From Rhizophagus irregularis (lineage: Eukaryota), in assembly GCF_026210795.1 (NCBI RefSeq), contig NC_089434.1, forward strand, positions 2,852,001 through 2,916,000: a stretch of 64,000 nucleotides of DNA. The letters are read 5' to 3'. Position 1 is the first letter of the stretch. Each line of letters starts with the position of its first letter. Positions 1 to 13,802 of the stretch are shown here, one piece after another. A program made the translations under genes and the position numbers. Below the pieces are notes generated by a model. That model had not been told where the DNA came from, did not search any database, and was given only the letters and a program-made list of their open reading frames with translations.

Positions 1-269
1 AAGAAAAAAAGATTGAATATGTAAATAAAAGAAAAAAATGTAAACGAAAAAAAAAATTGAATGTGTAAAATGAAATGAAAAAAAAAATGAACGTGTAATA
101 TAGATTTATTTTCCAACTTTTCTATTAAAATGTAAACGAAAAAAAAATTGAATGTGTAAAATGAAAAAAAAATGAGCGTGTAATGTTGATTTATTTTCCA
201 ACTTTTCTATTTAAGAGTCCTAATTTCACTTTTTTTCTATTTTATTATCCACTTATCCTGAATTAATTC

Positions 270-1758
270 ATGGATTCTTTTATTCAAAGTATCAAGAACG
301 GTATACAATTACTCATTAATTTAATAAAAAAACTAATTAAATCATTACATAATAATAGTAATAGTAGTAACAAGAAATGTGAAATATGTGACCTTTTTGA
401 TGTTAAATGTAAAGTAAAATATTTTCAACGAAATTTCAAAAATTGGACTAGTGGGAATAATAATATTGATAAATTTATTCAAAATGCTCAATTATCATCA
501 CATGTTGGACATGAACCATTAGAATGGATACCTTATGATAGACTTTATGATATAAAATATATTGCAAGAGGTGGATTTGGAAAAGTGTATAGAGCAAAAT
601 GGATTGATGGATATATAGATGAATGGGATGATGAAAATCAAAATTGGAAAAGAAAAGGTCAAAATAAATTTGTGGCTCTAAAAAGTTTAAAAAATTCGAA
701 AAATGTTACATTAGAATTTATGAATGAGGTATAAATTTTAGTGACCTTTTTTTTTTTTTTGAAACCTATTTTTACTAAAATATGATTTGTACTGTACTAT
801 TATTTTTTTAGGTCATATTACATCATAAAGTAAACAACGTTTTTTTTATTATAAGGCTTTATGGAATAACCAAAGATCCGGAAACGGAAAATCTTATGAT
901 GGTATTGGACTATGCAGAAAATGGAAATTTGAGAGATTATTTAAATAAAAATCATCATAATTTAAATTGGAGAACTAAAATTAATTATTTACATAACATT
1001 GCATTTGGACTTGAACTTATTCATGAAGAGGGATTAATTCATCGAGATTTACATATTGGTAATATACTTCATATGGATATGGAAGGTCGTAATACGTATA
1101 TAACTGATATGGGATTATGTAAACCTGCAGATTACAATAATAATACTTTAGAACAAAACTGTGTATATGGTGTATTGCCTTATATAGCCCCTGAAATTTT
1201 ACGATATCAAAATTATACCCAAGCTGCTGATATTTACAGTTTTGGGATAATTATATATGAAATAATTTCCGGATTACCCCCATATAATGATGTAAGACAT
1301 GATAAAGATTTGGCAATAAAAATTTGTCTCGGACTTCGACCAAGTCTTAATATTAAAGTACCCCAAATAATTGTAGATTTAATTAAAAGATGCTTAGATG
1401 CAGATCCATTAAATCGACCATCAGCAAAAGAAATTCATAGAATTTTCGAATTTTCTGATAATCAAGGATTACAAATACAAGTTGATGAAATAGAAAAAGA
1501 ATCAATTAACAGTATACCTTTAATTACTAGTTTATCACATACATCTTCTGGAGCTATTTATATAAGTAGATTACTCAAATTTAATAATCTTCCTGAACCA
1601 AGAAATTCTAATGTCACGAAATATTCAGGTAAACCAATAAAAATCAATTTTTTCAAAAAATATTTTTTCTTTTTTTTTAAATTAAAAATTAATAAAATAT
1701 TTTTTTATTTCATTTATTAATAGAATCTTTACAAATTAATGTCTCCGATAAAAAATAA
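270..1758 (+). CDS. Tyrosine-kinase-like (TKL) protein kinase of the family expanded in Glomeromycotina; exons 270-728, 812-1628, 1724-1758
   Basis: GGFGKVY glycine loop, VALK, HRDLHIGN, DMG and GVLPYIAPE motifs; N-terminal WTSGNxxID motif. Two GT-AG introns join the ORFs in frame. Confidence 0.92.
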
Positions 1759-3232
1759 CAAAGATTTTATCACGCGGTAAATTTTATTAACTTTAAAGGG
1801 CAAAGCATTGTTTTACAATAAAAAAAAAAGAACGTTGTCACTCACAGTCTACCATCCGTGAACTAAATAACTAAATGCAATCAATACAATCAAAAATGGT
1901 TCCACCATTTTCGTTTTTTTATCCGGTTTTGTCCGATTTTTGAACTATTTTCGGTTTCCTTTTCTTTCTTTGTTTTTTTTTTAATAATCAAATATAACTG
2001 GCGCACACTATTTTTGAAAACGACAATTAATAGTAATAAAAAGTATATTATTTGTATAAAACCGATGGCGGTTTCATCAGTTACTGTTAATCATATAAAC
2101 TTTATTAAATATACGTCATCGATGTACAACGATTATTAAACACATGGTCACACTTAGGACGAAATAAATATCCCTTTACTGTGATAGGCAGAATGATGTA
2201 TAAAGCATTCACGTTTAAATTATAATCTATTACATAATGTAATTACATAATCTCGGCGAAGTAATATTAGATCTCATTTTTCGCGAAAATGCATACAGGA
2301 CAATTTAACTAAATATAATAATTATGACTACCAAATTTGGTAATATGAGGAGATTGATAGGCAATTTGTGATTTTAGTATAACATACTCTTTTTATTATT
2401 ATTTATCCGTATACAGAAGTTCATAAAACTTCAAAATCGGGTTAAAGCGTGTAAAAAAATAGTTTAAAGGAATACAATTCAACGATAATAAAGATAAATA
2501 TTCAAATGAACATTTTCTTTTATATGATAAAATATTAATCAATTTTCACAATATAGTGAAACAAATAATTATAACAAAAAGAAATTTAAATGGATAAAAA
2601 AGTTAAGTAAAATATTTTCAATTATTTTAACTAATAAGAATTTTGAACTCCAAAAAAGATTACAATATTAAACATATTCAAAAATAAATAACTATTGTAT
2701 TATGTAACTTTGTTATGCATTGTTGTGTGATTATTCTTAAGCCAATACCATAATTTTTCGAGGCCGAGATTTTTTTTTAAAGTTTAAAATTTAAAATTTA
2801 ATTTAAATTTTATTAATTTGTTGTTTTATGAAACCTTACATTAAAATATTATTATATTAATATAAAAAAAAAATGAATTTCTTTCAATTAAAAAATAACG
2901 CAATGTTACATTATCATTCATCAGATAATTTGTTTTTTCATTTGAGTGAAGATACTCAAAATACTAAAATAAGTATCCCATTACATATAGTATCTGGTTG
3001 TACACAATGTTGATACTGTACATTTATTAGTCATACTAACTGCTATCTTACATAAGATATTTTGACAGATGATTTGTTGTATGATACGTTATAAAAAGAA
3101 TGGACATTGAATTTATTGGATTATTTATTATCTATAAACTATGAATTAGAATTACAGGGATGCGGAAAAAATAAAAAATTATTTAAATAGAGCTATCACG
3201 AATTCTTTTTCTCTCATAAAAAAAAAATAAAA

Positions 3233-4011
3233 ATGAATAATCATTCCCATTGCGAACATATTATAGCATGTCTTAAATGCAATGAATTATTAACACTACC
3301 AAATGGAACAATATCAGAGACTACTACTAAAGTCACATATCCGGGTCAAAATTGTGTGAATTTTCTTTATTGTGGTGAATCATATTTCGCAAATTTATTA
3401 AGTGTATTTCAACCAACACGGGACACTTATCCAAGTTTACCTTCATTATTATCATTTACTCCAACTAACGAACATCAAAGAAAAGTTATTAATAATAAAA
3501 ATAGGCATGTTCCATATAATATTCCCTCAAATTTTGCACGTAATGAAAACAAAAAACCTATTAGTTTTGATTTAATTTTTATTGAAGATATTGATGATAA
3601 AAGACCAATACCTAAAAAGTAATTACTTTATTTATATTTTATGATTAATAAATATATTTTATTCTCTTAATTAAATTTCCTCTCTTTTTTTAAAAAAAAA
3701 TACCAGACCTGAAATAGTAAAACATTGTTTTGAGATTGATTCTAGAGAAGAAATCAAAAAATCTGTCGAAAAAATTTTTTCTAAACTAAAAGATAAGGAC
3801 TGGGAATTTCTTAGGTGTGAATCATTTAAACTAATACCCGCTAATATTCCATGGACTATTGGAGAATTAGAAAGGTAAATATTACTTATTTATGAGATTT
3901 TTTTTTTTTTTTTTTTAAAAAAAAATAACTTACAAATTTATATATTACCATAGAATATCGGGTTCTAGGAAAAAGTTATATATAGGTTACAAAAAACGAC
4001 CCTACTCATGA
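3233..4011 (+). CDS. Uncharacterised 3-exon gene, family A copy 1 (Cys-rich N-terminus + putative ubiquitin-like domain); exons 3233-3618, 3707-3874, 3954-4011
   Basis: Spliced product ends ...IEDIDDKRPIPKK-PEIVKHCFEIDSREEIKKSVEKIFSKLKDKDWEFLRCESFKLIPANIPWTIGELER-ISGSRKKLYIG. It aligns with the two paralogues below and shares both phase-2 intron positions. Confidence 0.8.
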
Positions 4012-4299
4012 GAAAATTAGTTTTTGATTTTATTTTTTTTCACTTTTCATTTTTACAAATTTATTAGAAATCATTTAGTAATATTTAATCCTCGTTTGTT
4101 ATTTATTTTTAGTTTATTAGTTAAAAAACTCGAAAATTTTCTTGTTAAATCATTGAAATTAATTGTATATATATGATATATTTGTTATTAATTTTAAACA
4201 ATAATCCTCAAATATAATTTTCTTATAATATCTGTAAGTCATATCAATTAATTGATTGGAGAGTAGCGTAGGACTATTAATGGTAGTGGTATGAAGTTA

Positions 4300-4730
4300 C
4301 GGTACATTTCTCCTAAGTCTATTTCACCGGAGGACTTTTCACAGAAGTCATTTCATCGAAATGATGTTTCGCCGAAGGGACATTTCTTCGAATGGATGTT
4401 TCACCGAAGGGACATTTCTTCAAATGGAATTTCGCTGAATAGACATTTGCCGAATCTTTTTCTCCGAATCAGTTCATCCCCGAAATCTAATTCACCGAAT
4501 AGGACATTCCGCAAAAAATGTTAGCGATTGACATTTTATCAATCCAATTACCCGATTTTCATTAATAAATATTAAACTATAAATAGAAATAAACATAAAA
4601 TATCATATGAAAAAAATATGATTTGAAATTTTCGAGCGAAATGACTTCAGTAAAAAATCCTTCGGGGAAATGTTCATTCGGTGAATTGTGTTTTGGTGAA
4701 ATAAACTTTGGCGAAAAAGTCAGGATACCG
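4300..4730. mobile_element. MITE-like element with imperfect CGGTA ends and subterminal TTTC(G/A)CCGAA repeats
   Basis: Left end cggtacatttctcctaagtctatttcacc resembles the reverse complement of the right end (cggtatcctgactttttcgccaaagtttatttcacc). The repeat motifs switch orientation between the two halves. Confidence 0.6.
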
Positions 4731-5667
4731 ACTACATACCGTGGTATGATGGTATCACATAAATTTAGGACTATCCCCCTGTTTTTTTTTCCTTCAACTG
4801 AGCGACAGACTTTAAAAGGTTTAGTTAATAATTAATTAAAAGTCTGTTGTTCATTTAAAATTACCGTATAAACGCTAATAATAATGTACCCAGGTATTAT
4901 TCTAGTTAGATTGAATAGGAGAGGGGTACTATATTTTGGTCAAATATCAACATAACATCAGATTTTGTAATTAAATAAATACTTTTGATATTAAAAATCA
5001 CGTGGAGCGAAAATTTTCGTTTTCATTTAAAGTTATATACTACTGTAAGGTTTAATTACGAATCCTGCCCTGAGGCCTTCCCGAGCGTTACTCATCTGCT
5101 GATAGCTCTAAGGTCACATATTAAGTGATCGCCTTAGCCCTGAGAAAAATACTACAATTAATTATGAATCCTGCGAAAATTTTACTATTTCACGTATATA
5201 ATCTTGGCATTTAGTAACCTTTTTTTTCTGAAGTTATTTATAAGATCCATCTTTTATCCAATAATATATGTATTAATTCGAGTATTCAACGCTACTTTAA
5301 ACTAAAAATTATCAGTGAATTTTGGGACCTTGAAAAGCACGTGAAAAAGCTCAAAAATTAAAGAAAAATGAATAATATATTAATGGTACGTAAATTTCGA
5401 ATTAAATTTGATAAATTTACCGCCAAATTCTTGACTCCTACCACACGCTTTATTAAGAAGTTAGTACATAGCAGATAGTTTACACGCACTCACAATGTTA
5501 TATAATTGTCACGTTTACAATCATATTTTTATAAAATTATAAAATTCAAGAGTTTTATAAGTTAAAATTTCAGGAGAATATTTATTTATTATAAAATAAG
5601 AAATATAAGAATATTATAATAATGTATAAAATAAAACTACCCGCATTAAAGGGAGAATAGAAAGAAA

Positions 5668-6039
5668 TATGTAAGAGAATAGAAAAAAATAAAGGGTGAA
5701 TAGATAGAGATATGTAAGAGAATAGAAAAAAATAAAGGGTGAATAGATAGAGATATGTAAGAGAATAGAAAAAAATAAAGGGTGAATAGATAGAGATATG
5801 TAAGAGAATAGAAAAAAATAAAGGGTGAATAGATAGAGATATGTAAGAGAATAGAAAAAAATAAAGGGTGAATAGATAGAAATATGTAAGAGAATAGAAA
5901 AAAATAAAGGGTAAATAGATAGAAATATGTAAGAGAATAGAAAAAAATAAAGGGTGAATAGATAGAAATATGTAAGAGAATAGAAAAAAATAAAGGGTGA
6001 ATAGATAGAAATATGTAAGAGAATAGAAAAAAATAAGGG
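5668..6039. repeat. 43-bp minisatellite, about 8.5 copies
   Basis: Unit tatgtaagagaatagaaaaaaataaagggtgaatagataga(g/a)a starts at 5668, 5711, 5754 and so on. Confidence 0.95.
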
Positions 6040-6155
6040 AGGATAAAGAATCGTAAAATACTATAACTATGAACTATGAACTATTATATAATTGACGTGA
6101 ATTTGTGCCAATACTACAAATTGGATCTATAATGAGATAAAATAAAATAAGACAA

Positions 6156-6432
6156 TTTGTGCCAATATCACAAATTGGAAAAATTTTCTTATAAAAGAGG
6201 ACACGTTTTGTGCCAATATCACAAATTGGAAAAATTTTCTTATAAAAGAGGACACGTTTTGTGCCAATATCACAAATTGGAAAAATTTTCTAATAAAAGA
6301 GGACACGTTTTGTGCCAATATCACAAATTGGAAAATCTTCTTATAAAAGAGGACACGTTTTGTGCCAATATAACAAATTGGAAAATCTTCTTATAAAAGA
6401 GGACACGTTTTGTGCCAATATAACAAATTGGA
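6156..6432. repeat. 51-bp minisatellite, about 5.5 copies
   Basis: Unit ttgtgccaatatcacaaattggaaaaattttcttataaaagaggacacgtt; it explains the repetitive ORFs on both strands. Confidence 0.95.
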
Positions 6433-6506
6433 CAATAAGTCTTTTTAAAGTGGGGCCGAATGAAATCTAATAAACATAAATCTATAATAAAATTTTGAAA
6501 AAGGAG

Positions 6507-6694
6507 ACCATCGTTCCTTATAACTTTGTTTCACAAAAGTGAAACAAAGTTATGAATTGATTTTATAAAATAAAAGAAGAACACCATCGTTCCCAATAAC
6601 TTTGTTTCACATAAAGTGAACACAAAGAACAAACTGAATATATTCAATTAAAAAAGAACACCATAACTTTGTTTCACATAAAGTGAAACAAAGT
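6507..6694. repeat. Three copies of a palindromic motif ATAACTTTGTTTCAC..AAAGTGAAACAAAG
   Basis: Copies near 6520, 6596 and 6663; each can form a hairpin. Confidence 0.75.
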
Positions 6695-8483
6695 GAAAAA
6701 AAAATGTCTAAAATGAATAAAATAATAAGAAAATTAAATGAATAAAATAATTTAAAGAACCAGAATATAAAATAAAATTAATCCATCAACGTTGAAGATG
6801 CGTGAAGGTTTAGCTGTCCCGTGTCGTCCACACTGTTCATACATTATATATATAAATTTTTTTTTTTTTTTTTTTATAGGGAATAATTAATGCGTATCAC
6901 AGACCCGTTATTGCCTTAACACTTCAATACGAGATCAAAACTACATCCCACTCAACGGGAACCTCTTTCTGAGGACACTATAATCGATAAGCCGGTACTA
7001 AAAAATCGAATTACTTCTTTCGTCGATAAAGTAGGGGAATATAGTGGGTGTGACGTTGGCGCAGCTCGTCTGAACTCAAATGGACATTTATATATTTATA
7101 TTGAATATATTCGCTTCACTTATTTTTGGTAAACGGTGGTTTTTTTTTGAATGTGAGATATTTCTGTGAAATAATTTGTAAAATAAATTTTTTTTAAAAA
7201 AAAAAAATAACAACAGTGAAAAAAAAAGTTCCAGATAGAATTTCATTTAACCTTTCTTTATATATGATTTGTAGAGGTAACAAATTTAGCCGAATAAACA
7301 ATGTGTTTGGTGCGATGAAATTACAAATGAGGGTCAATTATTTAAATATTAAATAATTGAAGATTGCATATTTCTTTGTTTCAATGTCATATTGTAGGTA
7401 TACAGACTAACCATCTTTGTATAACAAGGGGAAAATTCCATATGATAAAGAGTAGATCAAAAGTAAGGATTATACAAAACTAATTTTTAAAATGAGTTAT
7501 TTATATTTGCCAACTCTATATATTAATGTTATCAGCATCTGATTTCACCTGTTCCTTACATAAATTTGGTATGTATGATCATTGCGCATAAAATATGTGG
7601 TTAATTGTACCAAACAGTAAGAGTATAAACCATATTAAAGCGTGGGTTTGCTAATGCACTTTCTGTGGCTTTATAATCAGATGTTATAAAGAAAATGAGC
7701 GCTACCATAAAGACACGAAAGAGATCAATGGCAATTGATTAAAGAAGTTGTTTTTCAATTCGGAAGATGAGAACGTGATACGTGAATTGAACTTATGAAA
7801 AAGTACCAAGCTGGGTACGTTTCAAGATCGGCAAAAGCAAGGCAAATGGTGATATTTTTCCGGACCAAGAAATCTATGGAAAAAGCGATAGAAAGATCTA
7901 ACATAGAAGATGGAAATAATAATGGATGAGAAATTAGAGATATGGAAGAAGTTTTTAATATCTAAAAGATAATTATCGTCAACATAAATAGATAAGTGCA
8001 TACTAGTTAGTATAGAAAATTCACATTATGAGATTAACCTTAGTATGGGTTAATTTCATAATATTTTTGGTATCTCCGTAAAAAATATATCCGTAATTTC
8101 TGTAAAAACTTCGCGAATATGATACATTTACGGAAAAATAACTAAAAATCTAAGCAACTTGGATATAAATTCCGTGAATATGATGATATATTTACGGAGA
8201 TAACAATGGAATAAAAAAAAAGGACCAAATTTTTTATAGGGTATATATCTTAGTAGTAGAAACGTTGGAAGTGAAATTCATATTTACACTCAATTTAAAA
8301 TATATAAATATAATTATATATTGGAAGAATCATTGGTACAATTTGTTTCATTATATATGCTTAGCATTTATAGAATTTTTTGTTTTAAATACGACAGTAA
8401 TTAATTTATATTTAAAGCAACGTAAAAAAAAAATGAAATTTATGATGAGTCTTTTATTATTTTAGATCTTGAACAGCTCTCAA

Positions 8484-8661
8484 CACCCTATAAAAATTTT
8501 ATCCGTTATTTCTGTAAAAATGAGCCTTTCACGGATCCATTCACAGAAAATGTAAATTATTCGATAAGTTCCGTGATATAAGGTTATTAATTCCGGAAAT
8601 ATGTGAGCCTTTTACGGAAAAAAGATGGAATATAAAACACGGACCGACTTTGTTTATAGGG
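8484..8661. mobile_element. Short MITE with CCCTATAAA...TTTATAGGG ends; a related partial copy lies at about 8070-8242
   Basis: Inverted ends, internal tccgt/acgga motifs, and a shared right end (ggacc...tttataggg) in both copies. Confidence 0.6.
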
Positions 8662-10274
8662 ACGATCTAACCAACTCCCCTCGAAGACTGAATATCTCTT
8701 ATAAGTAACATAAATCAGATTATCAGATATTCTAGTCGGTAATTAAAGAGAATTGATGAATTCAGTTGATATAGCTCTAAAACAATAAAGACTGTATATA
8801 GTTCAGTGATAATATAATTCCGTAGCCTAAATACTTAAAGTTTTTTAGCCAAACTAAACTCACGGTAATTTTACTTCGCAATACTTATTGTCATAATACA
8901 CTAAATACAGAAGATCCATGTTCACTTAACAAGTTATTTTCATTACATCTTTGAAATAAAAGTGAAAAAACTCTATAATAACCATACGCAAAATATAGAC
9001 AGTTGTCTAGAAATTATTCTGACTGGTTTTCAAGGCAAAAAAAAAAGTTATATTAATATATTAGTAAGTTCACTACAAGCATATTTCTTCATAGGAATTA
9101 AATAATTCCAGTACTCCCAAATAATTTTTAAGTTGTCATTCACCTTTTAATGATGATGATTGCATGGAGGGTGCTATTCCATTTTACGTTTCATATTCAA
9201 TCATTTTCGTATATCCTTTCCATTCTTTCGCAATTCTAATGTTATCTTTTGGCTTAAAGTATCAGAATTTCAGTTTTAAACGAATTTTACAAGAAAAATA
9301 TTGCTATTTGAGACGAAACTTCTATTAAAAATTTTATTAGAACATTCATAGGATCTACACTATCGTTAGCGTCATAATACCCCTGCAAATTTAGGTTGGT
9401 ACATTACATGGGTGGATGCTATATCATGGGCATAGTACAAGTGCGAGCGATAATATCAGTTCCTAGTATTATATCCCGGATTTCACAAATTTTAAAATTT
9501 AAAATCGAAATTTCTGTGTATAGATAGTATCCGGGTATTTTAAAATTCAAAGGAGGTACTATATATACAGACTAATAGTTAAAGCATAAAAGTTTTAGCC
9601 GAGTAATAATGAATAAAGAATTTATATCATATTTTATGCATGTATGAAATATGCTAAAAAAAAATTTCGTTTTGTAGTTTGTACCAAGATTAATAATAAT
9701 ATAAAGAGATTGGTTCTTCCGGCTGAATATATATAAATATTAATGATATCCCTTATTTTGTCTTATTGCATTTTACGTATTTTACGTACAAAAATATTGC
9801 TGAATTGATTCTAATTCATTAATTCATTTATTCACTAATGTACTGTCAATACCTATTAATTCTATGTAATATTTTTTTTATAAATGAATTTTCCCATTTA
9901 TTATGTTTTCATTACGTTCTATTCAATACGTTGTTTACTTTCTGTTATCCTCATCACATAATACGGTTCTTGATGATAGAATATAAAATTAATTTCCTTG
10001 GTTATTTCTTCCTCAGCAGTTATTTTTTTTTCCAGATTTTCATTGTCCCATCTCCTCTTAATAATTGTGATACCAGTTGATTTTATTGATTGTGTATTTT
10101 CTTCTACTAGCTTCTTGCTCTCTACTTGTTTTTAAGCAACACTATTTTACTGCATGTTCATTTATGATTACATATTTAATTCTATTTTAAGAGTTTAAAT
10201 ACCTGAAGGAAATCAACATTTTCTGTTATTAATTAATATTCTTCACTAATTTCTACGATTGGTGGAAAGAGTTA

Positions 10275-10458
10275 CAGTCAAACCTTTATATAACGATATG
10301 TCGGGACATATATGAAATTTTTAGAAAATATCGTTATATCAAAGTTATACCGATATTTATATGTCCTCACATATAGTGGGAAAATAAAATTTTATCGGTA
10401 TAACAAGTTTTTAATAGTAGATCGGTATATCGAATATCGGTATATCGAGGTTAGACTG
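10275..10458. mobile_element. Tc1/mariner-pogo type MITE (184 bp)
   Basis: TIRs cagtcaaacctttatataacgata / tatcggtatatcgaggttagactg flanked by TA on both sides. Confidence 0.85.
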
Positions 10459-11063
10459 TATTATTTTTTTTTAATATATTTTTTTCGAATAAAATATATA
10501 TATATATATATATATATATAGTGCCATTTATTTGAACTCCTCTTTTCCCTCTTTCTTTTGATTTAAAATTTATTATTCTTTACATAAAGGTAAACTGGCG
10601 TGATATTTTACTATCAGTTACGAATGGCTATGGATTTACTAATATAAAATCTTAATATAAAATTGGTAAACCTATGATAACTAACTTAATTTTTCTAACC
10701 TAATTTTTCAAATCTAGTTTTTCCAAACTAATTTTTTTTTACTAATACATATTTGGTACAATCGGATATTCATGACCTAATACTTATTTACGCCCCTAAA
10801 TATTGCAATACCAAAAAAAGTAAAATCTTAATGACATATGCAATGATATGCAAGTAATATGCAAAATGATTATTAAAAATTTGGTTTAATGCAATTTTTG
10901 AAAGGATATGCTATCTGTGAAATTTTATATGCTATCTGTGAAATTTTTTATATATAAAAATGGAGAGTTTTTGTCTTTCGTTTTTCATTTTTCAAAAAAT
11001 AAAAATAAAAATAAAAATTCCATCACTAAAAAACCATTTGTTATAATATTAATCAGATATATA

Positions 11064-11660
11064 ATGGATAATAACCCTTCACAAAACTCTGTAAACTTTC
11101 TAGATATATCTAACGATATTAGTGAATTTAATAATTATAATTATTACTATCCTAATAATTTTCAAGAAACAACTAACGTAAATCAAGCAGCAATACAACT
11201 TTCAAACGTTTCATGCGATAATTTTAATTGTTCTTATGAGGAACCGAATGATAATATTATGCCAGTATCTTACGTGAATGAACAATTTTCCTCTCAATAT
11301 ACGCCGCAGTATATAGATCAAAATGTCAACGAACGGATTTTGGATCAAGATTCACCTCAGTATGACATTAATTATCCTCAAAAAAATTATCGTCAATTTC
11401 CTGAATTAAAATTTGAAATTCCTGGATATAAAATTATCATTATACCTACTTTTCCTCTAAATTTAGATAATTTAGACATGCAAAATCATGATCAAAATGA
11501 TCAAAATTATCAAAATGATCAAAATTATCAAAATTATCAAAATTATAATCATTCTTCAAATATTGTAATAGATGATTTACCACCTCAGAATCAACAATAT
11601 CAACATTTTCAACAACAAAATTCTTCTTTTGAATTAAACGAATCATTTAATTATTCTTAA
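11064..11660 (+). CDS. Intronless N/Q/D-rich protein (198 aa) with an FEIPG motif, family B copy 1
   Basis: Long ORF in AT-rich DNA. Probable start MDNNPSQ; motif LKFEIPGYKIIIIPT is shared with the gene at 15185. Confidence 0.7.
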   Translation: MDNNPSQNSVNFLDISNDISEFNNYNYYYPNNFQETTNVNQAAIQLSNVSCDNFNCSYEEPNDNIMPVSYVNEQFSSQYTPQYIDQNVNERILDQDSPQYDINYPQKNYRQFPELKFEIPGYKIIIIPTFPLNLDNLDMQNHDQNDQNYQNDQNYQNYQNYNHSSNIVIDDLPPQNQQYQHFQQQNSSFELNESFNYS

Positions 11661-13056
11661 TACATATATACATATATTTTCTCATGTTGTAAAATATTTA
11701 GCAAAGTTTTTCTTTTTCTCTTTTTTTTTAGAATAGGTTAAATATATCTCTTTATTTAGAATTAAAAGAATTAAATGTTTTATAATCAATTTTAAAAATA
11801 ATAAAAAATATACTTTTATGCGTTTTTACCAATCAGTGTAAATGCATAGCTTATTAATTTTGTGTAGAATTCAATAAATGCATAATTTCGTACCAAATAC
11901 AAACAAATTTGTTTTTATTAATTTCAACCGACAAACTTTATAGGTTTTAAAGCCGTGAGAGTTTATCATTCGTCTATCTTATATTGTAGCGGTCGAGTTA
12001 AATTACGATAAACTTAATTAGGGATCAGTTTTATAAGGCGACTTTTTAATAAAAATAAAAATACAAATTGGTTGGATCTTTGACACTCTCGTCGCATAAG
12101 AAGGTTTCAATCGACCAGAATGTCTCCGTAATACATAGATCTAGAATGTAATAGATTAGGGTAGTTATTTTTTTTTTAAAAATACGATTAGCATATTTTT
12201 TTTCATGTAAATTTTTTAAAGGAAGTCCTGGTTTGTGCGACTTTTTCAAGAATCTTGTAGGTAGGTACAGTTCATAAATTACACGCAAGCACAACAGTTC
12301 AAAAAGGGGTATTCAGCAGTTATTCTCGAGGGGCAAAAAAAAAAATTATTATTAGGATTACGTAAAATTCTTTAAAAAAATAGAAATTTTTTTTTTTAGG
12401 AAAAAATATATTATTAATTTTTGCGAAACAAAATAATTACACGTACATGAAAAGTTTTAAAATCTGATTAGATTGATCATTGATGCTATACAAATATTTG
12501 TGTACAATATGTTTTTGAATACTGTATTTTTTAAATGGTTATATCAAATGAATATTTATCTTACGAAATCTTTAAAAAACAAAAAAAGAAAAAAAGATTA
12601 TTGTGATCAGATTGGTAAAATGGGCAAAACTGGGCAAAAAAAAAATAACTATCTGTCAAAATGTATTTGAATTAACTGTAGTGTTACAAATAAAAATAAA
12701 ATTATTCACAGATATTAACTGTTAGATGTACATATAAGATCGCTTGTTGAAATGCAACAGATAAAATATGTGACACTAGCATTTTTTTGTGGCGTACATC
12801 TTTTCAATGAACCTATATTAGGAAGTTAATTTAATTAAAAATGGTTAGAGATTCTTAGAAAGATTTTGTAATCAAGTAAATAGTGTAAATTCCGGATAAA
12901 TTTATTTCAAAAAAAAAAAGAATAATATAAACATATCAAGAATATTTATTGTATTCCGATATTAGGTTGTAGGTATGTATGTACGTATCACTAATGTGTA
13001 TCATTTTTTTGATCTCCTTCTCCTAACCTTAATCTTAATCCCAACCTAATATAGTT

Positions 13057-13802
13057 TTATGATACATACATATTAAGACAAGAAGAAAGGTCGGAGACTT
13101 GCATCCCTAGATACAATTTTTTTCTCGTCGTTGCAATACTAATAATTAAATTAACGTTAGAAATAATATTAAATAAACGAAAATAAATAAATTTATTAAT
13201 ATTCACTTTTTCAATTCATCAATTGTCCAACCATTTTCTGGAGCGGTAACAGCTTCCAAATGTGCTGTTGATACGCAACGAAAGAATTGCCATTCTCCAC
13301 CTCTCAATCGTGGAAACAATGCTTCAATTTCTTTTCTAATTCCGTCATCTGAATCATCATTGAAGTGAGTTGATTTTACTAATCCTTCACTAATCAATCC
13401 CTTAATTCTAAGAAAAAAAAGTGTAATGATATTTATTATAATGATGTAAAATATGAATACTGTACATCATGTATTTTATAAAACTTACATCCTGGGAATT
13501 TTTAATATTGAATTCGAATTCTCATAAAGTAAACAGATGCAAAGGAAAGCCTTTCGTTGTCTATTGCCACAATTATTTGAAATATTTGATGGTATTTGAT
13601 CAACCATTTCATCTATGTTGTATGAGATTAATGGACCTGCGTATCCAAATGTATACGGATAAAATGATAATTCATGATAGCATTCATGATGTAAACATCT
13701 ACACAAATTATCTTGGATGCTTCCTGTAACACTAAGTCTCTGACATCCACATCTACGTCCTGTCAAAGGATCTTCAAATTTGCATTTTCCGTAATAAGCC
13801 AT
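13057..13802 (-). CDS. Uncharacterised 3-exon gene, family A copy 2; exons 13802-13489, 13407-13207, 13138-13057
   Basis: N-terminus GKC-x10-CGC-x13-CRCLHHECYHE; exon 2 ...IRKEIEALFPRLRGGEWQFFRC...GWTIDELK; exon 3 IATTRKKLYLG. Canonical GT-AG introns. Confidence 0.85.

Noticed and set aside
2873..3190. Possible degenerate fourth family A copy (EWTLNLL...GCGKNKKLF)
   Set aside because: Similarity is limited to a few residues, with stops and no convincing exon structure.
6127..6396. Repetitive ORFs on both strands
   Set aside because: Artefact of the 51-bp tandem repeat.
10908..11063. Upstream extensions of the ORFs at 10908 and 15065
   Set aside because: They translate promoter and A/T-run sequence; the downstream ATGs at 11064 and 15185 are more plausible starts.
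13020..13050. Telomere-like CCTAA repeats
   Set aside because: Only a few degenerate units, located in a 3' UTR.
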